Positions 25,904 to 34,518 of a stretch of DNA of 64,000 nucleotides are shown here, in pieces. This stretch comes from Vicinamibacterales bacterium (GTDB taxonomy: Bacteria > Acidobacteriota > Vicinamibacteria > Vicinamibacterales > UBA8438). The notes below the pieces were generated by a model, which had not been told where the DNA came from, did no database searches, and was given only the letters and a program-made list of their open reading frames with translations. Within the stretch, counting starts at the first letter, position 1; each line of letters starts with the position of its first letter. The translations under genes were made by a program, and so were the position numbers. The DNA is taken from positions 4,096,848 to 4,160,847 of the forward strand of contig OZ220718.1 in NCBI GenBank assembly GCA_965116765.1, in the 5' to 3' direction.

Positions 25904-26475
25904 GGCAGCCTCCCGGGGTCGAGGAGCGGGTACCGGTCGAGCTGCGCCGTTTCGTGCGCCAGGTTGTGGCACATCACGCACGACCGGGTTCCGTCCCGCA
26001 GGTCGGCGAGAAAGCGCGCATGGGCGGCCTGCTCCTCGTAGGATCGGCTGCCTTGGTGGCAGGCGAGGCACGCGCGGTTCTCGAACGGCTCGTACAGCCG
26101 GACGGGATCGGAGGCCGTCCCCCACACGGCGTGCCACACGTGCCGGACGCCCCGCAGCTTGTCGTCGACGCCGCCGAACATCGTGTAGTTGGTGTGGCAG
26201 GTGTAGCAGGCGCGGTCCACCGAGACCCGCCGGTTCTGGTAGTGCGCGGCCGGCAGGAACCGCGGATCGTCGATGCGCAGGCTCTGCCGCCAGGGCTCCA
26301 TCAGGTGACACGACAGGCAGAACGTCGTGGACTTGGCCTGCTCGTAGTGCCGGACGGTGCCGCCGAGGAGCACGAGCCCGGGCAGCGCGAAGAGGGCCGC
26401 GAACGCGGCAATCCGTCGCCCCACGGTGGCCGCCGCCTCGCGCCGCGGTCCGCCGATGGACCGCGGCGCGGGCAC
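25900..26475 (-). CDS. NapC/NirT-type membrane-anchored tetrahaem cytochrome c
   Basis: Four CxxCH motifs (CLSCH, CYTCH, CLACH, CVMCH) after one N-terminal TM helix. Confidence 0.85.
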   Translation of the reverse strand: MPAPRSIGGPRREAAATVGRRIAAFAALFALPGLVLLGGTVRHYEQAKSTTFCLSCHLMEPWRQSLRIDDPRFLPAAHYQNRRVSVDRACYTCHTNYTMFGGVDDKLRGVRHVWHAVWGTASDPVRLYEPFENRACLACHQGSRSYEEQAAHARFLADLRDGTRSCVMCHNLAHETAQLDRYPLLDPGRLP

Positions 26476-26499
26476 GGGAACGCCGGCTTGGGGTCGCTG

Positions 26500-27404
26500 C
26501 TACCCCTCGCTGAGCTCGTCGTAGGCCACCCCCAGCACGCCCTCCAGGCTGAGCAGGGCGAACGGCGACACGTGGTCCTCGAACCCGGGCAGGGCCTCGG
26601 TGGCGGTGATCTCGTCCCGCGATCGGCCCGCCTGCATCTCGCGGCGCGTCAGATCGAGCGCCGCCGTGAAGTAGTCGCGCAGGTGCGCGAGCTCGCCCTG
26701 GTCGCCGGTCACGCCGGCGCCCGGGGTGCCGTGCCCGAAGATGTAGATGGTGTCCGCGGAGTGCGCGGCCGCCACCTGCTCCAGCACCTCGATCCAGCCC
26801 GAGATCCGCGCCCCGAGGCCCGGTCGACGAACGGGTGCAGGCGGTTGAACATCAGGTCGCCCATGTGCACGACGTTGGCCTGCTCGAAGGTCACCACGCA
26901 GTCGCCGCTCGTGTGGCCGGCGCCGTGGTACCGGGCCACCACCGTCTCGTCGCCGATGGTCGTCCGCCACTCGTCGCTGAAGGTCTCGTCCGGATAGGCC
27001 TGGGCGTCCTCGTTGCCCGCCTCCTGGGCCGTCCGTCGCTGCCACGCGGCGCTGTTCTCGTGGGCCACGATCGTGCCGACGACGGGGCGGAACGTCTGGT
27101 TGCCGCCCACGTGGTCGCCGTGGTGGTGGGTGTTGACGAGGATGTCGATGGCGTTGGACGACCGTTCCTGGATGCCCTCGATGCAGGCGGCCGCCGCGGC
27201 CGCGTTCTGGCTGTCGATGATCAGGATCCCGTCCGAGTTCACGAGCCACCCGATGGTGCCGCCCTGGCCGTTGAAGATGCCCACGCCCCGCCGCAGGTCC
27301 TCGAACGACGTGGTGAGCTGTTGCATGCCGACGAGCGGCAGCTCCCTGAGGGCCGCCGCCATCACCGTCATGCCCGACGTTGCGAGAAACTGGCGTCTGT
27401 TCAT
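26500..27404 (-). CDS. MBL-fold hydrolase with Tat-type signal; one frameshift near 26815-26830
   Basis: MNRRQFLATSGMTVMAAAL and NTHHHGDHVGGN. The N-terminal frame ends ...NRLHPFVDR. Another frame continues ...ISGWIEVLEQVAAAHSADTIYIFGHGTPG...*. Length is 3n+2. Confidence 0.75.
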
Positions 27405-27636
27405 GGTTCTGTTCTCCTTCCCGCTGTCCACGCGGCCGCTTCGGCGCCGGCACGCATCGAGAGTGTCGACGACCGGGCATGTCGCCGGGGCGCGACGGCT
27501 TGCGGCCGACCCGCGCCCATGAGCGAGAGGCGGATCATAGCCGATGGATGACCGCCGCCGGCCCGCGTGGCCGCCATCGATTCCGATCGAGGTGGGGCGC
27601 CCTCCGGGTGACCCTGGCCGGCCCCGGCGCGCCGGG

Positions 27637-28644
27637 TCAGGGCAGCGAGGTCGGCGCGTCCGGCTTCGGGATCTCGGGCTCGACCCACTCGTTGCGGACG
27701 CGGCGCCGAATCGTCTTCAGGCCGAAGAACACGCCCAGCTCGATCTCCACGAGGGTCCGGTCGGGAATCCAGAGGCCCGATTCGATTCGGCGGAAATCGA
27801 GCCGGCCGGTCGCGCGGCGGAGGGTGCCGGCGATTCCCCACAGCCAGCGGACGGGCTGCTGCATCTCGAACTCGGCCCGCCTCACGCCGTAGTCGTGCTG
27901 CGCGATCCAGAGGCGGCCCGTCGAGCGGTTCATCGCCCGGTCGAGGCGCCGGTTGTCGGGCAGCCGTCCCTCGCGGGGCTCGAACCCGATGACCCAGCAG
28001 ACGCTGCCGCCGACGACGTCGGTGCCGACGAGCGTGGTGACGTAGCGGTCCATCAGCTCGCGGTCGAAGTCGACGCGCATCTCGTCCGGTTGGTAACGCT
28101 CGCCCCGCTCGGCGTGGCGTCTCGCCTCGCGGACGAAGTCGTCCCTCTTCTCCCGCTCGTCCCGGGCTTCGTCCTCGTCGAGGGGGCCGCCGTCGCGCCC
28201 GATGACCTCCGAGTAGAAGTGGCCCTCGAGGGGATAGTGGCGGTTGCGGGTCGTCTCGGTGTCGGTCACGCGCCCGTCGCCGTCGAGCGATTCGACCCGG
28301 CCGTCGGTGAAGTACTCGAAGCCGAGCTCGAACGCCACCACCCGCTGCCCGGCCGCCTGTTCGAGAGCGCGATCGATGATCTGATGCGCGGCGGCAGGGG
28401 CGTAGAGGGCATCGAGGGCGTCGACTTCCGGTGACGCGTCGAGGGCGCCGACGACTTGAGGAACGGCGTCGAGAGCGCCGACGTCAGGAGCTGCATCGAG
28501 GGCGCCGACTTCGGGGGCCGCGTCGATGGTCGCGACAACCGGGGCCGCGTCGTGGGGGCCGACGTCGGGAGACTGAGCCGCCGCTGCAAGGGGAACGCAG
28601 ACCAACCCGAAACTGCACGCCGTCGCCGAGAGTCGATTCGTCAC
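27637..28644 (-). CDS. Secreted hypothetical protein with an N-terminal 8-9-aa repeat region
   Basis: The GTG start is preceded by AGGAAGGAG. Signal VTNRLSATACSFGLVCVPLAAAAQ. Repeats of DAAPEVGAL type. Lies within track ORF 27637..28788. Confidence 0.65.
   Translation of the reverse strand: MTNRLSATACSFGLVCVPLAAAAQSPDVGPHDAAPVVATIDAAPEVGALDAAPDVGALDAVPQVVGALDASPEVDALDALYAPAAAHQIIDRALEQAAGQRVVAFELGFEYFTDGRVESLDGDGRVTDTETTRNRHYPLEGHFYSEVIGRDGGPLDEDEARDEREKRDDFVREARRHAERGERYQPDEMRVDFDRELMDRYVTTLVGTDVVGGSVCWVIGFEPREGRLPDNRRLDRAMNRSTGRLWIAQHDYGVRRAEFEMQQPVRWLWGIAGTLRRATGRLDFRRIESGLWIPDRTLVEIELGVFFGLKTIRRRVRNEWVEPEIPKPDAPTSLP
28411..28572. repeat. About 6 imperfect 24-27-bp tandem repeats, coding
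   Basis: GCGTCGAGGGCGCCGAC-type units encode (D/A)A(A/V/S)P(E/D/Q)VGAL(D) repeats on the minus strand. Confidence 0.8.
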
Positions 28645-28960
28645 CGGCCCGCTCCTTCCTCGCACCGCGCCTCGTCCCTTGTTCTTTCGGCAGAACCGGT
28701 GCCGAGGGACACCCGCGGCTCGAAGAACGGGCGCTGCGCGGGGCGGCCGCGCCTGGCCTCGGCCCGCCCCGGCACCCGCGAGGCCCATGCTACCACCAGA
28801 GACTCATGGACAAGAGATCCATGCAGCCGCGCGGCGGTCGGTGCCGGTTGTCACGCGCCGCCGCCCGGAGGCATCGAGTTGCGCCGCTTTCCCGGTGCCG
28901 GTGGTTCCCCGCAGTGCGGGAGGCGGGTTGAGCTGTCGCGTGCCTTCGCGGGCGGACACG

Positions 28961-28995
28961 AAAAAGCCCCGGTTCCCCCTTGAGGGAACCGGGGC
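28961..28995 (-). terminator. Rho-independent terminator
   Basis: Perfect 12-bp stem GCCCCGGTTCCC / GGGAACCGGGGC with a 6-nt loop, followed on the minus strand by TTTTT. Confidence 0.8.
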
Positions 28996-29068
28996 CCAGG
29001 TCGGTCTGCGTCAGCGACGTTGGGTTACCCCGCGCGGGGTCCCGGCGCCGCGTGTGCGCTGGAGGTCC

Positions 29069-29128
29069 CTACGAGGACGCCACCTCCGCAGAACCGCTGC
29101 CATAGTCGTCCACGGGATCACCTCCTTT
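29069..29128 (-). other. 13-nt perfect Shine-Dalgarno (AAAGGAGGTGATC) plus a 14-codon ORF (MDDYGSGSAEVASS); possible leader peptide or sRNA
   Basis: The SD at 29116-29128 is the exact complement of the canonical 16S 3' tail. GTG lies at 29113 after a 7-nt spacer from GGAGG. The stop is at 29069-29071. GC-rich hairpins and the terminator follow. Confidence 0.35.
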
Positions 29129-29231
29129 TGGGGCGAGCCATCTGAGTGTCGGGTCCCAACCCGGCCGGCCGCCGATCCGCCCCGCATCGACCGGAGACCG
29201 CCGCGCCATCGCGCGGGTCAGCACTGATCCC

Positions 29232-29261
29232 ATCGTCGGACAAGCCGCGTTCCCCTGTCAA
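29232..29261 (-). promoter_or_regulatory. Possible sigma70-type promoter (TTGACA-18 nt-GACGAT)
   Basis: Perfect -35 at 29256-29261 (minus strand). The -10 at 29232-29237 is weak. Correctly placed upstream of the SD/mini-ORF/terminator unit. Confidence 0.25.
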
Positions 29262-29364
29262 ATCGGCGCCCGGCGCGGACCGCCGCCGCGCCGCCGCCGC
29301 GGGTCGAGCTGCCCGCCCGCATCGCGCTCGCCGGAATCGTCGCCGGCGGCCGGCCGATGGCGCG

Positions 29365-29370
29365 TAGAAT
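29365..29370 (+). promoter_or_regulatory. TAGAAT -10 box 6 nt upstream of a GTG start (leaderless arrangement)
   Basis: gcgTAGAATggcaccGTG. A second TAGAAT lies at 38301-38306, upstream of the SSS transporter gene. Confidence 0.35.
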
Positions 29371-29376
29371 GGCACC

Positions 29377-29685
29377 GTGATCTACCGAGACGAGAGCGGC
29401 GTCGAGTACGTCCCGGTGCCGCTTCCCACCCACGAGGTGACGGACGCGGTCGCCGTGGACGCGCGCCGGGTGAGTCGTTCCCACGTGCGCAAGCCGATGC
29501 CGGTGTACGCCGGCACCGACGGGGCGGAGCTGGCCGTCCAGCCCCGGAGCCACCGCCGGCGCTGGACCGACCGGCAGTGGCTCGCCTTCGAGGAGCACCT
29601 GCGCCTGGAGGTCGACCTCGCGAAGAGCGACCCCCCGGCCGCTGCGGTGTGGGTGATCCGGCGCCACGACCGCGGTACCGCCTGA
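29377..29685 (+). CDS. Hypothetical protein (102 aa)
   Basis: Track ORF with GC3-rich codon usage and a non-repetitive sequence (MIYRDESGVEYVPVPLPTHEV...). No family recognised. Confidence 0.45.
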   Translation: MIYRDESGVEYVPVPLPTHEVTDAVAVDARRVSRSHVRKPMPVYAGTDGAELAVQPRSHRRRWTDRQWLAFEEHLRLEVDLAKSDPPAAAVWVIRRHDRGTA

Positions 29686-29790
29686 CCGGTCCCGGGAGTC
29701 CGCGCCGAGGCGGAATGCGACCGCCTCGAGCGCCTTGTGCGGCGCTTGCAGGCGGGCTGAGAACAGCCGCGCGGATCCGGGAGGTCACGC

Positions 29791-29958
29791 CGTTGGGTTG
29801 GCCCTTCTCGGCCTGCGGCCGCCGTCACGCCTGACGCGGCGCGCACCGCGTACCGCAATGTCTCGAGGACCATTCACCCCGACGTGTGCAAGGGCCCGGA
29901 GGCGACCAGGCTGATGCGCCTTGCGACTGAGTGTTACGAGCGGATCACCAAGGCGTGA
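29791..29958 (+). pseudogene. J-domain-like fragment without a start codon
   Basis: ...[40 protein letters not shown] carries the HPD tripeptide and flanking helices. No ATG/GTG/TTG appears in frame after the upstream stop at 29758-29760. Confidence 0.3.
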
Positions 29959-30058
29959 GCGGTAGCCGGCCGGCTTGGGGTCCGCCCCGCAAGTCGTTGC
30001 GGCTGCCGGTACGGAAGGGCCCGGATGGACGCGAAGCTGCCGCTCTACGCGCAGGCGT

Positions 30059-30519
30059 TCAAGGACGGATGGACCGACGCCGAGCTGAGGCCATCTCCTC
30101 GGTCGGCATCTGCCCCGTGCTGAGGAACGCCACCGACTCCGGTCCGTGCCGCGCCTGAATCGCCTGAAACGTTCGACCATCGTCCGCAGCGCCTCGTCCC
30201 AGCTCACGGGGCGCCGGACGCCGGCCGCGTCGCGCCGGAGCGGCGTGGTGGCGCGGTCGCCGGCGTCGAGCACGGTCAGGGCTTCCCAGCCCTTGGGGCA
30301 GGCGACGCCGCGGTTCACGGGGTAGTCGGCGGCCGGCGTGAGACCCACCGCCACGCCCTCCTGCAGATGGACGGTGAGGCTGCAGCCGGTCGAGCAGTAG
30401 CCGCACACCATGTCGATGGTGGCGTCGGGCTTGCCCTTCGCGGGGACCTGCCCGAGGCCGAAGCCGCCGGGCGTCCGCAGCAGATCGCGGGTCAGGCGCC
30501 CGTCGCGTTGATGCAGCAT
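30059..30519 (-). pseudogene. Assimilatory nitrate reductase / molybdopterin oxidoreductase, N-terminal ~140 codons only (also frameshifted)
   Basis: [17 protein letters not shown]...[15 protein letters not shown] is the 4Fe-4S Mo-bisMGD N-domain. After ...RTMVERF a second frame reads [26 protein letters not shown] and then stops. The remaining ~550 codons are absent. Confidence 0.75.
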
Positions 30520-30522
30520 CGG

Positions 30523-32251
30523 TTACAGGGTTCCCGGCATGCGCGGCGAGGCGACCGCCGCGAAGAACAGGTAGCGCTCGAGCAGCTCGCCGGCCAGGCA
30601 GCCCACGAAGAGCATGCCGACGAGCACGACGAAGACGAGGTCCTGGCCCTGCTCCGGCGGCGCCGGGACCCGGCTCAGCAGCAGCAGGCCCGGCATGGCG
30701 AGGCCGCCGAGCAGTCCGGCCGCGAAGCGCGCCATCGTGACGTTGGAGAGCGCGCCGGTCATCAGCCACGCCGTGCGCTTCAACGAGGTGGTCGACCGGG
30801 ACGCCAGGTGGCGGAACAGCGCCGCCTCGAACAGCAGCTTCGCGGCCGAGGCGACGACGAGTCCGCGGCACAGAATGGCGCCGTAGCGGTCGACGGCGGC
30901 GCCGGCCAGCTCCGCGTCGCTGCCCGCGGCGACGATCAGCAGCGGCAGCCAGGCCGCGGCCAGGCCCAGCACGGCCGTCGTCAGGAAGAAACGGCCGGCG
31001 GTGGCCGGACCGTTCCAGAAATCGCGCTTCGTATAGTCGTAGACCATCACCGAGCAGAGCACCCCCACGACGCCCGACAACGCGACGGCCCAGCCGAGCC
31101 ACCACCCGAAGCCGGCCTCGACCGCCGCTCCGGGGCCGGCCGCCAGTCCCCAACCGGCGAGCCGTCCCAGCCAGCCCGCCGATCCCGCCCAGGGCCATGC
31201 GGCATAGACCACCGCCAGCCCCGCGAACACGCCGAAAGCCAGGATCTCGCGGCTGAGCCACGAGTGCCGCAGCCCCAGAACGGCCCGGTAGGCGTAGCGC
31301 GGCCGGCCGAGGTGCAGCACGCTCACCCCGAGCGCCAGCAGGCCGAACACCAGCGCGCTCGCGCTGTGCACCGGGCGGATGCTCGCCGTCAACGCCCCCG
31401 GAACCAGCAGCTCCAGCAGCCGCTCCGCCAGGAACGCGCCGACCGAGAGCTGGGTGAGGACCAGCATCAGGATCAACGGCCAGTGCGCCTGCTCCGGGCG
31501 TACCGTGTGGTAGTCCGCCGGCACCATGTTGCGCGGGAGCACCCGCTCGGTCCGGTAGGCGGTGGTCGGCAGCGTCAGGGCCGGCTCCGGCGCCCCCGGC
31601 ACGAACAGGTGGGTCTCGGACTCCTCGATCACCTGCTCCGTGTCCACCACGCGGATCGCGATGGCCCCGTTCGGACACGACTGCACGCAGGCCGGCGCTT
31701 CGCCTTCGGCGAGGCGGTCGCTGCACATGTCGCACTTGCGGACTATTCCCTTTGGAACGGCTGTACTTCGGCGCCTCGTAGGGACAGGCGAGCGTGCAGT
31801 ACTGGCACCCGAAGCACTGGTCGTCGAGATGCTTGACGATGCCGGTGACCGGATCCTTCTCGTAGGCCTCCACCGGACACGCGTGCATGCAGGCGGGGTC
31901 CAGGCAGTGGTGGCAGGCCGTCGTGACGTGCTGGAGGACCGGCAGGCTCCCGCTCCCGCCGTGCAGCAGCCCGACGTCGCGCCACGACTCCTCCTCCTCG
32001 AGGCCGTTCAGGGAATGGCAGGCCGCGACGCACGACTTGCAGCCCGAGCAGGCGTCGAGATCCACGTCGAAGGCGTACTGCTGGCCGGCGGCCGGAGGGG
32101 TCGCCGGCATCAACGCCGAGTAGCGCTCGGCCAGCGCCGGACCACCGGCGCGGGCGGCGTCGTGCGCCTGCGCGAAGCGCGCCACGGCGGTTACCTGCTG
32201 CTCTTCGAGATAGCGGTCGACGAGGGTCGCTGTCGCAGTCATCACTTTCAT
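30523..32251 (-). CDS. Fusion of a DmsB-like 4Fe-4S ferredoxin with a DmsC/NrfD-like membrane anchor; one frameshift near 31745
   Basis: [26 protein letters not shown] and [12 protein letters not shown]. After [11 protein letters not shown] the frame shifts to [25 protein letters not shown], followed by about 8 TM helices. Length is 3n+1. Confidence 0.8.
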
Positions 32252-32409
32252 CCCGCCCGCGCCAGCCGCGGCGCGGCGTGGAGCTGCTCGGTGTGCACGC
32301 GGTCGGCCGGCACCCCTTCCGCCTTCAGCCAGCGGGCAATCACGTCCATGAAGGTGGACGGTCCGCACAGGAAGCAGCGGCTGCCCATCAGGTCGTGCCC
32401 GCGGAAGGC
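32248..32409 (-). pseudogene. C-terminal remnant of an FNR-type (FAD/NAD-binding) reductase
   Basis: ...[44 protein letters not shown] is the last strand and helix of an NAD-binding domain. ATGA overlap with the next gene. There is no room for the rest of the domain. Confidence 0.4.
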
Positions 32410-34505
32410 GACCCGACAGGAGCCGTGACGCTGCCGCCGGAGGACGGTTGCGCCACGGTCAGCGACGCCGTCGTCGGCTTCAGGTAGACGTTTCCCTCTT
32501 CGACGAGCGTCGGATAGTGGGCGACGTCGTTGCCGGCCGGCTCCAGGCTGCATCCCGTGCACGCGTCGAACGTCCAGCCGTGCCAGGAGCAGGTGACGAC
32601 CCCCTTGCTCACCGTCCCTTCGGCCAGCGGTCCTCCCTCGTGTGGACACAGGCCGTCGATCGCCCGCACCTGGCCGTCGATCCGGAACAGGGCATACGTA
32701 TGACCGCCGACCTCCACCGACACCGCGGCGCCCTCGGCCAGGGCAGCCTCGCGGGCCGCGAACACGAAGCCGTCGTCGCGAGCGGGAGGCGACTCGACGG
32801 GCGCGTCGGCAGGGGGGGCGGCGTCTTCCTCCAGCCGTGCGAAGAGCCGGCGGACGCCGGCGCAGCCGGGGCAGAACACCGGCGGGTCCTCGCCCAGGTG
32901 GCGGTACTCGCACCGCTCGCAGATCCAGGTCGCCGGGCGGTAGTCGTCCTCACCCACCTTCGCGGCCTCGGCCTCGCGCAGCTTCGCGCGCCAGTAGGCG
33001 CTGAAGGTCTGTCCCTCCCGGTGCCGGATGTAGTACTCGTTGACCACCTCCTCGATGACGAGCGGAAGCTGGTCGACGTCCACCCCGAGCTTGTAGCGCA
33101 GGCCGAGGTGGATGTCGCCGGCCACCCCGCCGCCGAGATAGACGTCGAAGCCCTCGCGCGTGCCGACGAGCCGCCGCACCCGGACGCCCTTAAGGCCGAT
33201 GTCGGCCGTGAAATGCTGCGCGCAGCTCGACGGGCAGCCGCTCATGTGGATACGGATGCCGTGCAGGGCGAGCGCCCGCTGCCGCAGGGTGTCGACCAGC
33301 CGGAACATCGCGCCCTTGGTCTCGGTCACCGCGATGTTGCAGAACTGCGTGCCGGTGCACGCCACCGTGTTGCGGGCCAGGGTGTCGGCGTGCATGCTGA
33401 GCCCGACCGCGGCGGCGTCGGTGGCCGCCGCGTCCCGGAACCCCCCGGGGATGTCGATCACGGCGAGCCCCTGCTCGTGCGTCGTCCGCAGTTGCCCGTC
33501 GCCCCAGCGCTTCGCGAGCACCGCCAGCGCCTCGAGCTGCCGCCAGCTCAGGCGGCCCAGCGGCACGCAGAGTCCCAGGGTCCAGAGATCCGGCTGCGCC
33601 TGCGGGAACCAGCCGACCAGATCGTCGTTGCGGGCCGCCGGCGTCGGGGCCGGCAGGTCCGGCCACGGGCGCAACGGAACCCGCTCGACGACCCAGGCCT
33701 TGACGGCGTCGATGCCGATCCGCTCGACGAGGTAGCGCAGGCGGGCCTGGTGGCGCTTCTCGCGCGACCCCTGGGCCCGGAACAGATCGAGCAGTGCCGC
33801 CGTGACCGCCACCACCTGATCGGGGTGGACCAGCACCGGCAGGTGCCACGCCAGGTGCGGGTTCTGTCCCTGGGTGCCGGCCACCAGCACCTGGAACAGC
33901 ACCTCGCGGCCGACCCGGTGGGCCAGGAAGCTCAGGTCCTGCGTCCAGAAATGCACCGAGTGCCCGGCCGTCCCGTTCAGGCAGATGTTGAACTTGCGCG
34001 GCAGGTCGGAGTACTCGCGGCTGTCGACGAACAGCGACGTGACGTCCCGGCAGAGCTGGCGCGTGTCGATCAGCTCGTCCGGGAGCAGCCCGCTGAACGG
34101 GTGCGCGAACACGTTGCGGATGTTGTCGTGGCCGGTCTGCTTCGAGGTCAGCCCGACCGCGGCCAGCCGCTCGGCGACCTCCGGAAGCTGCTCGATGCCG
34201 AGCCCCTGCACCTGGAGGTTCGCGCGGGTGGTGACGTCGACGATGCCGTGGCCGTGCTCGTAGGCGATCGCCGCGATCTCGCGCGCCTGAGCGGAGGTAA
34301 GCTCCCCCGCCGTGATCCGGATCCGGTTCATGTACCGGCCCGGCTTGTCGCGCTTGCGGTAGAAGAAGCCGTACCACTTCATGCGCTCCAGATCGGGCGT
34401 CTCGATCTCGCCCATCGGCGTGCGGGCCCCGGCGTGACGCAGCACGTCGGGCCAGACGTCGAAGCTGTGCTTCTTCGATTTCCAGACTTCCGCCGGATTG
34501 ACCAT
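32388..34505 (-). CDS. nirA: Ferredoxin-type nitrite/sulfite reductase fused to rubredoxin-like and Rieske (NirD-like) domains
   Basis: Sirohaem/4Fe-4S motifs are TGTQFCNIA and [10 protein letters not shown]. Then CERCEY...CPGC, followed by the Rieske motif CPHEGGPL...CSWHGW. Confidence 0.85.
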   Translation of the reverse strand: MVNPAEVWKSKKHSFDVWPDVLRHAGARTPMGEIETPDLERMKWYGFFYRKRDKPGRYMNRIRITAGELTSAQAREIAAIAYEHGHGIVDVTTRANLQVQGLGIEQLPEVAERLAAVGLTSKQTGHDNIRNVFAHPFSGLLPDELIDTRQLCRDVTSLFVDSREYSDLPRKFNICLNGTAGHSVHFWTQDLSFLAHRVGREVLFQVLVAGTQGQNPHLAWHLPVLVHPDQVVAVTAALLDLFRAQGSREKRHQARLRYLVERIGIDAVKAWVVERVPLRPWPDLPAPTPAARNDDLVGWFPQAQPDLWTLGLCVPLGRLSWRQLEALAVLAKRWGDGQLRTTHEQGLAVIDIPGGFRDAAATDAAAVGLSMHADTLARNTVACTGTQFCNIAVTETKGAMFRLVDTLRQRALALHGIRIHMSGCPSSCAQHFTADIGLKGVRVRRLVGTREGFDVYLGGGVAGDIHLGLRYKLGVDVDQLPLVIEEVVNEYYIRHREGQTFSAYWRAKLREAEAAKVGEDDYRPATWICERCEYRHLGEDPPVFCPGCAGVRRLFARLEEDAAPPADAPVESPPARDDGFVFAAREAALAEGAAVSVEVGGHTYALFRIDGQVRAIDGLCPHEGGPLAEGTVSKGVVTCSWHGWTFDACTGCSLEPAGNDVAHYPTLVEEGNVYLKPTTASLTVAQPSSGGSVTAPVGSPSAGTT

Positions 34506-34518
34506 CGTCCTCTCCCGT

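Noticed and set aside
29114-29128. GGGATCACCTCCTTT on the plus strand as the 3' end of a 16S rRNA gene.
   Set aside because: No rRNA-like sequence precedes it. In context it is simply the complement of an extended Shine-Dalgarno on the minus strand.
28961-29230. The minus-strand unit as tmRNA, SRP RNA or RNase P RNA.
   Set aside because: The 14-codon frame does not end in a hydrophobic ..LAA/VAA-type tag. It is preceded by a normal SD and start, not a resume codon. I could find no tRNA-like acceptor/T-arm, no SRP domain IV motif and no RNase P conserved GAGGAAAGTCC-type sequence. It is kept only as an unclassified candidate.
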